From Neocallimastix sp. 'constans' (Eukaryota), in assembly GCA_050613775.1 (NCBI GenBank), contig JBODTK010000115.1:310001-374000 (forward strand): 64,000 nucleotides of DNA. Reading direction: 5' to 3'. The notes beneath the pieces are model-generated. The model saw nothing but the letters and a program-made list of their open reading frames with translations, ran no database searches and had not been told where the DNA came from. This document shows, piece by piece, positions 39,501-53,537 of the stretch. Within the stretch, counting starts at the first letter, position 1. Each line of letters starts with the position of its first letter. The position numbers were made by a program, and so were the translations under genes.

Positions 39501-41549
39501 TCTTCTTCTTCTTCTTGTTTTCCTTCTTTTCCTTCTTCTTCTCTCGTTTTTTCTTCTTGTTTTTGTTTTGATAGGTCATCAATAGCTTCATCAATTGAAT
39601 TAATTTTACCATTAATAAGATTAGACATTTGATTTAAAACTTCTGAATATTCTAATTTAGCAACTCTTCTCGCAACTGAACCTTTAGCCGTTACTGGGAA
39701 CTGCTTACCATAATCAATAATATAAACATTATGAATGGTAAGTTGTTTCGTCCAATTATTTAAACTCTTGGCATTATCTTGTAATAAGTTGTACATACTA
39801 TTCCATGTTTGTTCTTGAGCTAATTTCTTAAGCTTTCGTTGTTCTTCCTTACTTAAACTTTCTGGATCAATCGTGATGTCTAATGGGGTTCCATCTTCCA
39901 TTAAAATTTCTGACCATTCTGGTTCAACGAAACAAACCACTTCATATTGAGTACTATCTACTAAAAGACAACAGTGTTTGATATTTTTACATTCACTAGA
40001 CATAGTACTTTCAAATGGAAGTGGGTTCATTTTATGACCGGTTGCAAAGGTTAAAACATCATCTACTCTGGAAACATATTTGTAAGCACCAGTAACGGTA
40101 TTACGAGTCCAAATATCATTGGTTCGATAGTATTCAATTCCATCAATTGTTTCATAAAGATTATCGTGTTCATAATCACAACGCATTCCTGGTACAGCTG
40201 ATTCGTAGAATTCACCTTTCTTTGCCCTTCCAATATAACCGGTGACAGCAAATGGATTGTAGATAAAGAGCTCACCTTCATTTGGATTATTTTCATCAAT
40301 TAGTTTAAAATGGAAATATTGCCATGGGACCCTTTTGAGATAACCTTCTTCTCCTGGGACGATTTTTTCATCAAATTGTTTATACATCATAATTCCTGTT
40401 TCCGAGGAACCGTATTCATTATTGATTACAAGATTAAATTTTTGATAAAACCAATGAACCATCTCATCGCTTATGGGGGCACCAGCTGTTCTAAAACAAT
40501 TCTTGGGACAGGCCTTGATGGCTTTCTCCCAAACCTCACACCTTGGATGATGTTCATCAAAAAGTCTTTTAATTTCTTCATAATTAAATGGGAAGAGAGG
40601 AACGATTCCCGGTTTAGTCTCCACTATATCATCTAATAATACTTCTGGTACAAATCCAATATCATGTAATTTTTGAGTATGGATAATTAAGGCACCTCCA
40701 ATATTCATATGTTGAATGACGATCCAGGTGAAACCCAACATATGATAGGTGGGAATGCTAGCAAGAACACTATATTTAAGGTTTACCTTTCTATTCAGTA
40801 AGATGGTTTGTAAAATATTACCACATTGCTTTAATCGAATAGGAATAAACTTCATTTTGGAGGTGTGACCATTTTTAATGATAGCTTGAGTGGAAGAAGA
40901 AGTACCAATAACCATGACCACATCATCTTTTAAACCGGGACGTACATACGTTTTACCTTCAAGACTACATTGATAAATTTCTTCAAGAAATTCTGAATTA
41001 TTCATACAAAACATAGGAATTCCTTTGTAGCCAGCACTTAAATTATATTCATCTTCACGTAAAGGATATTCCCATTCCCATATCCATTCACCACTTTCAT
41101 TTAATTGATTTTGTTTTTCTTCGTCAAAAATATTAACATTAATATCATAAATAAACATACTAATATCGAGCATTCTAGCCCAAAATTGTTTAACATCATT
41201 ACCGAGTTTAGGAGGAACAGCTACAGGTGTACAACGAATATACCAGAGAGCATGAATAATTAAAAAATTTAAGGGTAAAGCATTGGCGACCACACCTACT
41301 CTAGATTGAGGTGGTAAATCAAATCTTTTTTTAAGGACATAAGCACAAGCTTTCACTAATCTAAAAAATTGTTTATAGGAAACACAAGTCCATGGGGAAG
41401 GATAATCAGGATGAGGTTCCGGTTTAAACGGTAAACTCCAAAGATTTGGTTTAGAAACCAAGGCTGGTTCATCACTATCCTTACAAAGATTATAACGATA
41501 TTCTAATCTTTCATAAATAGTTTCAGCTTTAAGTAAACCTTCACTTTAA

Positions 41550-41580
<31 letters not shown>

Positions 41581-41986
41581 GAAATAATACATTTAAAAAT
41601 ATTATTAGTAATAAAGATATAACATAAATACTAATTCAACATTAATATTATAAATAATTATATATAATATAACAGAAGAACATATTTTTTTTTCCAATAT
41701 CCATTTTAAAATTATTATAATAAATTTAAATTTTAATTTTAAATTTTAATTCAATTTTTATTCCACTAATAAAAAAATATAAATAAAATAAAAATAAAAT
41801 AAAAATAATAAATTTTGCTATTATAATAATTATTAATAACAATTTTATAAAAAAAAATAATAAAAAAGAAAAAGAAAAAAAAAAAAAAAAAAAAACTTAC
41901 ATATAGGGATTAGGTTCTTCTTTTAAGAAAATCTCCTTTCCTAATTCAAGTATATTTTTATAGTTTCTTGGATCAATTTCTCTCAT
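36560..41986 (-). CDS. hybrid NRPS-like/PKS synthetase A-T-KS-AT0, copy 3 (~1689 aa); exons 41986-41901 and 41543-36560
   Basis: 86-nt exon 1 (MREIDPRNYKNILELGKEIFLKEEPNPY), phase-2 GT-AG intron and the same domain motifs. Confidence 0.92.
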
Positions 41987-43508
41987 TTTATTTTTATTTA
42001 TTATTTTTTTTATTTTTTTTTTTTACAATTCTTTCTTAAATAATTTATATTTTAAATAAAATTTTTCTACTCTATATTCTTCTATTATTACAATTTTATG
42101 ATATCAATATGAAAAATAATTCTATATATACATATATATATATTTTTATATTTATATTTTCTATTTTCTACTTAAATAAATAAACAAAATAAAATTTACA
42201 ATATAAAATAAATTTATTATTTATTATTTTTCCAATAAATACTAATTGAATATATTATATATAAAGTTGATAAAAAAAAAAAGGAAAAAAAACAAACTAT
42301 TTATATTTGTTAACAAAAGCAGAAAAAAAAGAAGAAAAAAAAAAAGGTCCTTTAAATATATATGATAATTTTATTATTTAAAATAAATTTAATTATAATT
42401 TTAATTATAAAATTAACAATCCGACCAATAAAAGGGAAGGTTAATCCATACAATATTTATTTATTTATACATTTATTATTTATTTATGTATTTATTTAAA
42501 TATATATTATTTATATATTAATATATTTATTTATATATATATTTATTAAAACATAACATATATATATTTATTTATTTATTATTTATTATTTATTATTTAA
42601 ACATAACATATATTTATTTATTTATTTATTATTTATTTATTTATTATTTATTATTTATTATTTAAACATAACATATATTTATTTATTTATTTATTATTTA
42701 TTTATTTATTATTTATTATTTATTATTTAAATATAACATATATTTATTTATTTATTTATTTAATATTTATTTATTTATTTAAATCCATAGGTTATTTTTA
42801 TGTGAAATTTTATTTAATTTTCAATGATATACTTTTCTTTATTGTAATAATAATAAAAATAAAAATTTTTTTTAAAAATTAAAAAAAAAAATATGTATAT
42901 ATTTATATTTATATTTATATATATTTATATATTTACATATATAAATTAGAATTGAAATAGAAATTGAATTATATCAATTATAAATATAAATATTTTGTGG
43001 ATATAGAAATAAATAAATAAATATAATATTTTATATATTTAAATATAAAATTAAATATTTAATAAGAACTTAAAACAAAAACAAAAATAAAAAACAAAAA
43101 AAAAAGAAAAATAAAAGAATTAAAAAATTTTTTTTTTTTTTTTTGTATTCAATATCCATAATTAATTATGAAGAAATTTTTATTTTTTTTAATATAAATC
43201 TAGTTTCAAATCTTAAACTTTTTTTTTTATGATTATTAATTAATATGAATTCAAAAAATAAAAAAAAAAAAATTTTATTGCTTTTATTTTTCTTTCTTTT
43301 TTTTTTTTAATTAAATAAATTAAAAAAAAATTTTGTATTTTAATAATAAATATTAAAATTTCTGTATTAAAAGAAATTTATTTATTTATATATATTTACA
43401 TATTTAATATTGATTTATTTATTTAATATTTATTCATTTATTTAATATTGATTCATTTATTTAATATTGATTCATTTATTTAATATTGATTCATTTATTT
43501 CATTAAAT

Positions 43509-43566
<58 letters not shown>

Positions 43567-44326
43567 ACATTTAAATATTTTATTTAAATTTTATTTATCT
43601 ATTTATTTAATATTTATTTATATAAAGAAAAACTTTTTGTATTTATATTATATGTTTTATAGCTTTTCACATATATTGGAATTGAAAGATAATATATAGC
43701 ATATTAGAATTTAATTTAGTTTTAAAATAAAAAATTATTGAAAAACTAAAAAAAAAGTAAAATTAAGATTAAAATTAAGATTAAAATTAAGATTAAAATT
43801 AAAAACTGAAATCAAAATTGAAATTAAAAAAAATAACAAAAAAGGAAATGTTTTAATTAATTAAATAATTATTAAAATTTTTTAACAGTTAATCTTTCAT
43901 TTAATCTATTAATTAATAATGTAAAAAAAAAAAAATTTTTATCTTCTTTTAATATAAATTGTATATAATTAAATTTATAATTTATTTTTAATATTGGTGA
44001 GATATACTATACAGAATATATTAGAATACATTATAATTTAAAACTATATATATATAAAACTTGTTTTTTTTTTTTTTATCTTTTTTATATTTAGAGGGGA
44101 AGAACTGAATATGGAATAAAAATTTTAATTTTTATAGTTTACATAAAGAAAATTATACACCTGATGTAATGTTACACAAGTATATTATGCATTGTATTCT
44201 GATATAAGTTCCTTTAAACAAATAAATAAATAAAAAATAAAACATGAATTAGGATAGATTTTCTTATTTTTTAAATAAATACATAAATAAATAAATATAA
44301 TAAATAAATAAAATAAATAAATAAAA

Positions 44327-44369
<43 letters not shown>

Positions 44370-46176
44370 ATATAATAAATAAAAACATTGGTATAACATA
44401 AAAATTTTTTAAAATATAAAAAAAAATTTTTATGTTATACCAATTATTAAATATGAAATGATAGAATACTGCAAAGCATCTAACGGAAATAGAACTAATT
44501 AAACATTTATATCCTTTTATATTATTTATTATCCTACCATTGATATGCATTTCTATAAATATTAATAATAATTAATACAGTTAAAATACGTAGTATAATA
44601 AATAAATATAAAGATAAAAAAAAAAACAGTCTTTCTTAAAAAAAAAAAAAAATAGCCATGAAGTTATAAATATTTATATTATTTATTTAATTCTATGATT
44701 AAAACATTTTTTTAACTCTTTAGGAATTAAGATTAATACTTAATAAAGTCTATTTCATTATTAATAAATATAAATTATTAATAATGAAATAAACTTCAGA
44801 GTTAATTATTAATTATTTATTTATATTTATAATATCTCTATAGTTAATTATTAATAATTTATTTATATTTATATTTATATTTATAATATCTCTATAGTTA
44901 ATTATTAATAATTTATTTATATTTATATTTATAATATCTCTAACATTTGTATAAAGTTAATAATGAAGTAATTAACTGTTAATTAAATATATTGAATAAT
45001 TAAGTGAATAAAAACATTTTTTAAATAAATTAAAATATGAAAAAAATTTGTGTCAGTCAACAAAAAAAATAAATTTTTGTATAATAATAAAGTTTATTAT
45101 ATTAAAATTTGATAATTAATTTAATAATTTTTATGATTTTGTTATCAGATAGTTAAAAGTTTTTTTAGAATAGACATAGTTAAATTTGTTGGCTTGCTTA
45201 TACTGTACAATAATATTTATATTGACATACATTATACACAGGTTTAGAATATAAAACTTTTCTTTAATTCATGTACTATTTAATAAAAAAAGGGCATCTT
45301 TAATTAATAAAAATCTTATTATTAATTAATAACAATAATAATAATAGTAATAATAAAAAACTTTCATTTATTATAATAATATTAATAGTAAAATTTAATA
45401 TAAAATAATTATTTTATAAGAAACTAAGAAAAAAAAAGCAATAAAATAGTTTTATCAGAAGTATTCACATTTAATTATATAAACCTCGAATATAAATTTA
45501 TTAATAAGATATTTACATATTATTACCATATTATTACTAGTATCATTAATTCTTCTATATATAAATACATAATTACAAACTAACAAAAAAAAAAAAAAAA
45601 GGTTTTTTCCCTTTTTCATATTATCTATATTTATTTTTTGATTTATTTATTCATTCATTTATTCATTTATTGATTGATTAATTATTCATTTATTCATTTA
45701 TTCATTTATTTATTGATTGATTTGATAAAGTACGCCTGGTTCATTATCTCTTACTGGGAGAAGTTATATTTATTTATGTAATTTATAAATATAAATATAA
45801 TTTTATTTATTTTATTTATTTATTTATTTATTTTATAATTTAAATTTATTTAATTAAATACTAAATTTTATAAATTCATATTATTAATATTACTAAACTA
45901 ATTTTATTAATAAAAATATACATTGATTTGGCAAATTCACTATTATAATTTTAACAACTTTGAATTGCAAAGAATTAACATAAAAAAAAATATTCTTATA
46001 TATAATTTTCCTTAATCTTAAACTATTTTAAAAACAATAAAAATTAATTATTTAGTTAAATATATAAAAAGTATAATAAAATAATAAAATATTTATAGTA
46101 TTTATAATATATAAAAATATAATAAAAACATAATAAAAATGTAATAAAATAAAATAATTAAAATGAAATAAATTAA

Positions 46177-46412
46177 ATAAATTATTTACATATTTACATA
46201 ACATAAAATTTATATTATAAATTTTATGTTTACATTAATTTTATGTATTTTATAGAATTTATAAGGTTACATAAATTTATCTTATATCACGTTATTTTAG
46301 ATCATTTTATAATCATATGATAATTAATCAGATGATTAATTAATTAATTTTTATGTAATTATTAGTAAAATAATTTATTAATAATTAAGGTTTATATTTT
46401 CATTTCATATCA
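46177..46412. repeat. dispersed repeat, inverted copy of 19265-19520
   Basis: Reverse-complement similarity along its length, e.g. ataaattatttacatatttacata vs tatgtaaatatgtaaataatttat. Confidence 0.75.
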
Positions 46413-46644
46413 GATTGATTTTTATGTCAATTTTAAAAATTAATAATTATAACCAAAAAGATTTATATTAAAAAAATTTATTTTTTTGGTTATTTATAAT
46501 TAATATTATTAATATAAATAATATTTTAATATATATAATTTATATAATTTATTATTAAAAGAAAAAAGAAATAAAAATTTTTTATATCGATTTTATTTAT
46601 ATTATTTATTATTTATTATTTATTATTTATTATTTCTTTATTAA

Positions 46645-46882
46645 TATATTGATTATTGATTATTGATTATTGATTATTGATTATTGATTATTGATTATTG
46701 ATTATTGATTATTGATTATTGATTATTGATTATTGATTATTGATTATTAATATGTTGATTATTGATTATTGATTATTGATTATTGATTGTTGATTATTGA
46801 TTATTGATTGTTGATTATTGATTATTGATTATTGATTATTGATTATTGATTATTGATTATTGATTATTGATTATTGATTATT
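46645..46882. repeat. (GATTATT)n heptamer satellite
   Basis: Direct reading; about 30 units. Confidence 0.92.
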
Positions 46883-47874
46883 ATTTATTATTTAGAGATA
46901 TACAAAAAAAAATTTTTTATTTTTAAATTTTTGTATTTAATGGAATTAAAAAAAAAAAAAAGGGTTCATCACAGCAACATCTTCCTTTTATGGTTAAGGG
47001 TAAGAATTATCCCAAAATCAAAAATCAAAAATAAATAAATAAACAAATAAATAAATAATAGTAAAAAATAAAGTTTTCTGTTTAATATAAAGTTTAATTT
47101 TTATTATTTTAATTATTAATAATTATAGATAAAAAAAATTTTAAAAAGGAAAATGAGAAACCTTTTTTTTCTTTTTTTTGCTTTTTAAACATATTCCATA
47201 TAAATAAATAAATATCTATATTATTTTTTTTTTAAATAGAAATTGAAATAAAAATAGAAATAAAAATAAAAAAATGAACATTTTTATATTAATTTTTGAT
47301 ATGTTTTCTTATTTAGTTTAAATTCTTTATCAATTCTTTTATCGATTATTCTATTAATACTTTGATTTAATCTAAATCCAATTTTTATTATTTACTAAAT
47401 ATTTAATTATTTATTCATTTATTCATTTCTATTTCATTTTTCCAATCTATTATTATTCCATTATTCCATCAATGATTACTTATTGATTACTTATTAATAA
47501 ATACTTTTTTTATTTATTAATTACATATTATTTATTATTCAATTATTTATTATTTATTATTTATTATTTATTATTTATTATTTATTATTTATTATTTATT
47601 ATTTCTTTATTAATATATTAATTATTGATTATTGATTATTGATTATTATTTATTATTTATTATTTATTATTAATTATTTAATTATTATTATTTATTATTT
47701 ATTATTTATTATTTATTATTTATTATTATTATTTATTTATTATTTATTATTTATTATTCAATTATTTATTATTCAATTATTTATTATTTATTATTCAATT
47801 ATTCGTATTATTCTTATTATTATTTTATGTTCTATATTTCTTAAATTTCTTTATCGGTTATGTATTATTATTTA

Positions 47875-47928
<54 letters not shown>

Positions 47929-48441
47929 TATTACTAAATTATTTATGATTTATTATTTATTATTTATTATTTATTATTTATTATTTATTATTTATTATTT
48001 ATTATTTATTATTTATTACTCAATTATTTATTATTTATTATTTATTATAAATACTTTTTTATTTATTAATTATTTATATATATTTAAGATTTATGATTTA
48101 TTTATTTATTTATTTATTTATTATTTATTTATTATTTATTATTTATTATTTTTTTTATTTATTTATTTATTTATTTATATAATGCACCATACTGAAAATA
48201 AAATTTGGTAAAATACAACTCTCAAGATGTTAAAATTATTAATATTATTATATATATAAAGTACCAAAATATAAATAAATTATAATCTTATGAGATATGT
48301 TTGAAAATTAGTATTTTATATTTTCAATTTTATTTCTAATTTTATTACAACTTTTATTATAAATTTTAAATATTAAATAGTATATCACAATTAAATAAGA
48401 AATATAATAATGTTATATAGTTGATATAATACAAAATAATT

Positions 48442-48477
<36 letters not shown>

Positions 48478-48673
48478 CATATTTTATTAATATGAAAAAT
48501 ATTTTTAATATAATTTTATTGAAATATGTATGATCCATTAAAGGGATATGGTTCATTTTATAATATGGCGCATTTATTAATGTAATTTAACACCATAATA
48601 TTTTTTAAAATTTTTCAAATTATATATAAACAAATAAATTAATAAATATATTATAATCAGTTTTTGAAGGATC

Positions 48674-48970
48674 GTACATTTCGTAATATGGCTTATTATA
48701 TTTTAAAATAAAGCCATACATTTTTAAGATATTCTACAATCATACAATCATAAATTAATATATAAATAATTATTATTTCTTCTGAAATAATAATATATTT
48801 TTTCAATTAAATATTTTTTAAAAACTATTTTAAAAGAAATAATAATATATTCTATTAAAAAAGAATTTTAAAAAATTATTTTTACAATTGAATATTAATA
48901 AATTATATATAAAAAAAATATATTTATTATTTATTTAATTATTAAAAATAAGCCACATTGAGAAATGCAC
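48674..48970. mobile_element. MITE-like element, copy 2
   Basis: TIRs gtacatttcgtaatatggcttatt / aataagccacattgagaaatgcac; interior matches 12112-12408. Confidence 0.65.
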
Positions 48971-49740
48971 TAGATTCGTTTTTAAAATAAATAAAATGGA
49001 GTTAATTATTAAATAAAATATTTCAAATATATTTTCTTAATCATTTTGTTAAAAACTACTGAATAATTAATATTAATTTATTTATAATAAATAATTATAT
49101 TTAATCAATAAAAATAAAAATAAATAATAAAAATTCAAATATAAATAATAAAAATTCAAATATAAATAATAAAAATTTAAATATAAATAATAAATAATTA
49201 GATATTAATAATATATAATTAATAATAAAGAATAAAGAATAAATAATTTGGTATATATATTTTATTTTCTAGTAAAAAATAAAATATTTTCTTAAAAGCA
49301 TTTCATAATTAAAAAATAATAATAATAATTAAATATTAATAGGGAATAATTAAATATTTTACCTTTTTAAATATATATATATTCTTAAAAATACTTTATA
49401 ATTAAATATATAATAAATAATTAATCAATTTAATATAAATAACAAATTATATAAATAAATAATTATAATATTTTCTTATAAAATAATTTAAAAAAAAAAA
49501 AAAAAAAAAAAAATTAAAAGCAATTCATTCATAATAAATTAAATAAATAATACAAAAAAAATTTTTTTTGATATTATTTATTTGTTATATTAACTTGATG
49601 TTAATAACAAATAATAAAGAAAATACTTTTTTCCTTTTTTTAAAAAAAAAAAATTTAAAATATAATAATTCATTTTTTAAAAAGACGCATCTTCATTATT
49701 ATATGTATTTTTGTACGTATAAATTCCATAAACCATGTAT

Positions 49741-49787
<47 letters not shown>

Positions 49788-50566
49788 TTTACTTTAAATA
49801 AAGTTACTAAATAAACGAAACAACGAGATTTTTAATATATTATTAAAAAAAAAAGTCCTTTGCTTCAAATAAATAAAAATTAATAAATTGCTAAAAAATC
49901 TCATTGTTTTTGTTTATTTACTAAATTTATATTTGTTTAAAGTAAAATCCTTTTTTTTTTTTTTTTTTAATAATATATATTTTATTGATATTTATGCACA
50001 TAAAATATATTTAATGAATCATACATATTTCAATAAAATTTTATTAAAATATGATTTTCTTAATGTAAAATATGAAAAAAACTTTTTTTTTTTTTTTTTT
50101 TTAAATTATTTTGTATCATAAATAATACATAAACTATTAATATTTAAAAAAGTATTAATAAAATAAAAATAAAAATAAAAGTATTGATTAAAATAGCAAA
50201 TAATTTAAACCATATAAAATACTAATTTTCGAGAATAAATTAGCAAACCATTGATATTTTTAACAAAGAAATTAAAAAGCAATATATATAGGATGTAGTG
50301 CATTTCAGAACATTGTTTTATGAAATGAGGCATACTTTAATAAACCATTGATGCAAGGGTGGTTTAATCATTTTTAATAAATAAATAATAATATTTAAAT
50401 TTTTAGTAAATAATAAAATAATAAAATAATATTTAATAATATTTAATAAATAAAAAATATTTTAATATCTTTTTTTTTTTTCCTTTTTTTTTTTTTTTTT
50501 TTTTTTTTAACAGCAACAAAAAATTGACACAACTTTATTAATTAAATAGTTAATAAAATACATACA

Positions 50567-50606
<40 letters not shown>

Positions 50607-51448
50607 AAATAAAATAATAAATTATCTTTTCAATAATATATAGTAATATATATTATTGTAATATATATAACCTAACCTATTATATTCACCTAACCTTAAG
50701 ACTGGATATTTATTATTTTTATATTTAATTAAATAATTAATAAATATATATATGTATGTAAAAATATTTATTGACAATTATAACTATAAAATTAAAATTC
50801 AAAATAACAATTAAATTATAACTATAAAATGAATATTCAAAATAACAAATTATATATATTATAAATTTTAATAATATATGGTTATTTGTTATTTTCTATT
50901 ATTTTTATTTTTGGTTTTACATTGTATATTTATTAATATAATTTATATATATAATTTTGATTATATTCTTTGAATTTTTGATTAAATTTAAATTCTATAT
51001 TAAACATATAAATAATTTTATATAATTCTATTATATATATTAGAATTAAATGGTAAATAAATAGAAAAAAAAAGTTATATTTGGAATATCTAATCATTTT
51101 CAAAGTTTAAATAGCTTTTAATAAATTTATATTATAATTATATATTTTTAAAAGTTAATTGATAAATTTCATATAAAATATTTTATTAATTTATTAAAAA
51201 GTTTTAAAAAGATAACTTATATATATATTTATATAGAATTTTATTTTATTTTATTTTATTTTATTTTATTTTTTTTTTTTATTTCATATCAGGATAATTT
51301 TTTTACTTGTAACATTCTCCTCTGTTGTAGATTTAATTAAAAATATTTACTTATCTTTTTTTTTTTTTAAAGTTCTATTGGCTGAAAGTATTTATTATTC
51401 AATAAATTTATTGTACCACCTAAACCAGATTAAAATTTATTTTTAATC

Positions 51449-51485
<37 letters not shown>

Positions 51486-51687
51486 GTTGATTTAGTTAAT
51501 TTAATATATTAATTTTATTAATTAATAAATTAATTAACTAATTATCATTATTTATTTATTTATTTTTAGTAATGTAATTTATAATATTTTAATTTTTATT
51601 TAATTTTATTTAATTATATATTTTATTTTATTTTATTTTTATTATTATGAACTTTTGAAATAATAATTTATTTATGCTAATAGTTAT

Positions 51688-51798
51688 TAGTCATTGATTA
51701 ATAATAGTTAATAGTTATTGATTAATCTTTCTTATTGTTCAAGTTTTCTATATTTAATTTTATTTCTTATTTTATTTTATTATTATTTTTAGGTTTAC

Positions 51799-51837
<39 letters not shown>

Positions 51838-51985
51838 GTCATTAATTAATAATAGTTAATAGTTATTGATTAATCTTTCTTATTGTTCAAGTTTTCTATA
51901 TTTAATTTTATTTCTTATTTTATTTTATTATTATTTTTAGGTTTACTGTTATTATTATTTTTATTATTATTATTATATTATTATT
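51688..51985. repeat. ~148-bp direct tandem duplication
   Basis: tagtcatt..ttaataatagttaatagttattgattaatctttcttattgttcaag at ~51688 and ~51836. Confidence 0.8.
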
Positions 51986-52771
51986 ATATTATTATATTAT
52001 TATTATTATTATTATTATATTATTATATTATTATTATTATTATTATATTATTATATTATTATTATTATTATTATTTTTTTTTTTATTTTTTTTTAATTTT
52101 CATGAACTTTCTCATGAATTATTAATAATTATTAAAAAAATTGTCATACTATCTTTTATACTCTATATTTTATAATATTTTATTTTTCATTATATATTAA
52201 AAAACGACCAACAATAGCAATATTTAATTAAAATTAAAATAAATGAATAAATATAGTATATGAATAAATATAAATTAATAAATAAGTAAATAAATAATTA
52301 TATTTTAAATAAATCATTTTAATAAAAACAATTTTTAAATTTTAATTTTAAAAAAAAAGAAATTTTTTTTATTTTTTATTTTTTATTTTTAATAATATAT
52401 ATATATTTATTAAAATAAGAATATTTATGTAAAATAAATTATTATTATTATTTTTTTTTTTAAGAAGTAACGATTTCTTTTGTTATATATATTTTCACTG
52501 ATTTTTTCTTTATTTATTTTTTTTTCTTGATATTTTTAGTAAATAATAAATAAAAGTCAATATATATATATGTAATATAAAGAAATCTTTTTTATAAAAA
52601 AAATAAAAATAAAAATAAAAATAAAAAAAAGATAAAAAAATTAAATAAATATATAAAAATTAAAATAAAAAATTTTATTTTAATAAATTAAGAAAATTAT
52701 ATATAAAATTATAAATTAAACAATAGAAAAAGAAAAAAAAAAAAAAGATTTTGAAGTAAATATTATATACA

Positions 52772-53172
52772 ATGATTTTCAAAAATAAATATACACTTTT
52801 GCTTGTATTATTAGTTGTAGCAGTATGCTTCAATTTTGTTAATGCAGCTAAGAAACAAAAATTAACCCCAGAACAACAGGCCCTCAAGAATAAAATGAAG
52901 GCGGAACGTATGAAGAAGTCAGAAGCTGCCGATAAATTAATTCGTCATAGCACCGTTAAAGAATTTAAGGATGAGGTATTAAATGATGAAGAAAACTTAT
53001 GGATTGTGTTCTTCGGTTCAAAAAAATGTCCACATACCCAGAAATTCAATCCAAAATGGTTACAATTCCAACAAAATATGGATGATGGTCTCTACAATTT
53101 TGAAAATATTAAAATTACAAAAATTGAATGTTATGGTGAACAATTTGGTAAGTAGAAAATTTTGAAATTAAC

Positions 53173-53207
<35 letters not shown>

Positions 53208-53503
53208 TATGTATTAAGTAGTATTAAATTAGAATAAGATATATATATATAATACATAATACCTATATATGAATAGAAATAATAATTTTTATTTAATAAA
53301 GAAAGAAAAAAAAATATCTCGTATAAAATATTATATAGTTAATTATTAAGAATTAAAGTAAAATAAAATGAAATTATAATAAGATTAGTTGATATATATA
53401 TATATATTTTTTTTTTTTAAAATTAAAATTTTTTTATTCAATTAAAAAAAAAAAAATTAAAATATATAACAATATATGATAATATATTTAGATATTGTAT
53501 AAA

Positions 53504-53537
<34 letters not shown>

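Noticed and set aside
23025..40636. Small antisense or alternate-frame ORFs recurring inside the synthetase genes
   Set aside because: Shadows of the conserved main frame; they recur only because the host gene is triplicated
47639..48211. 190-aa I/Y/L/F-rich ORF and similar ones (2274, 8919, 18447, 18664, 22502, 35904, 44185, 51883)
   Set aside because: Translations of microsatellites and poly(T) tracts with no coding signal
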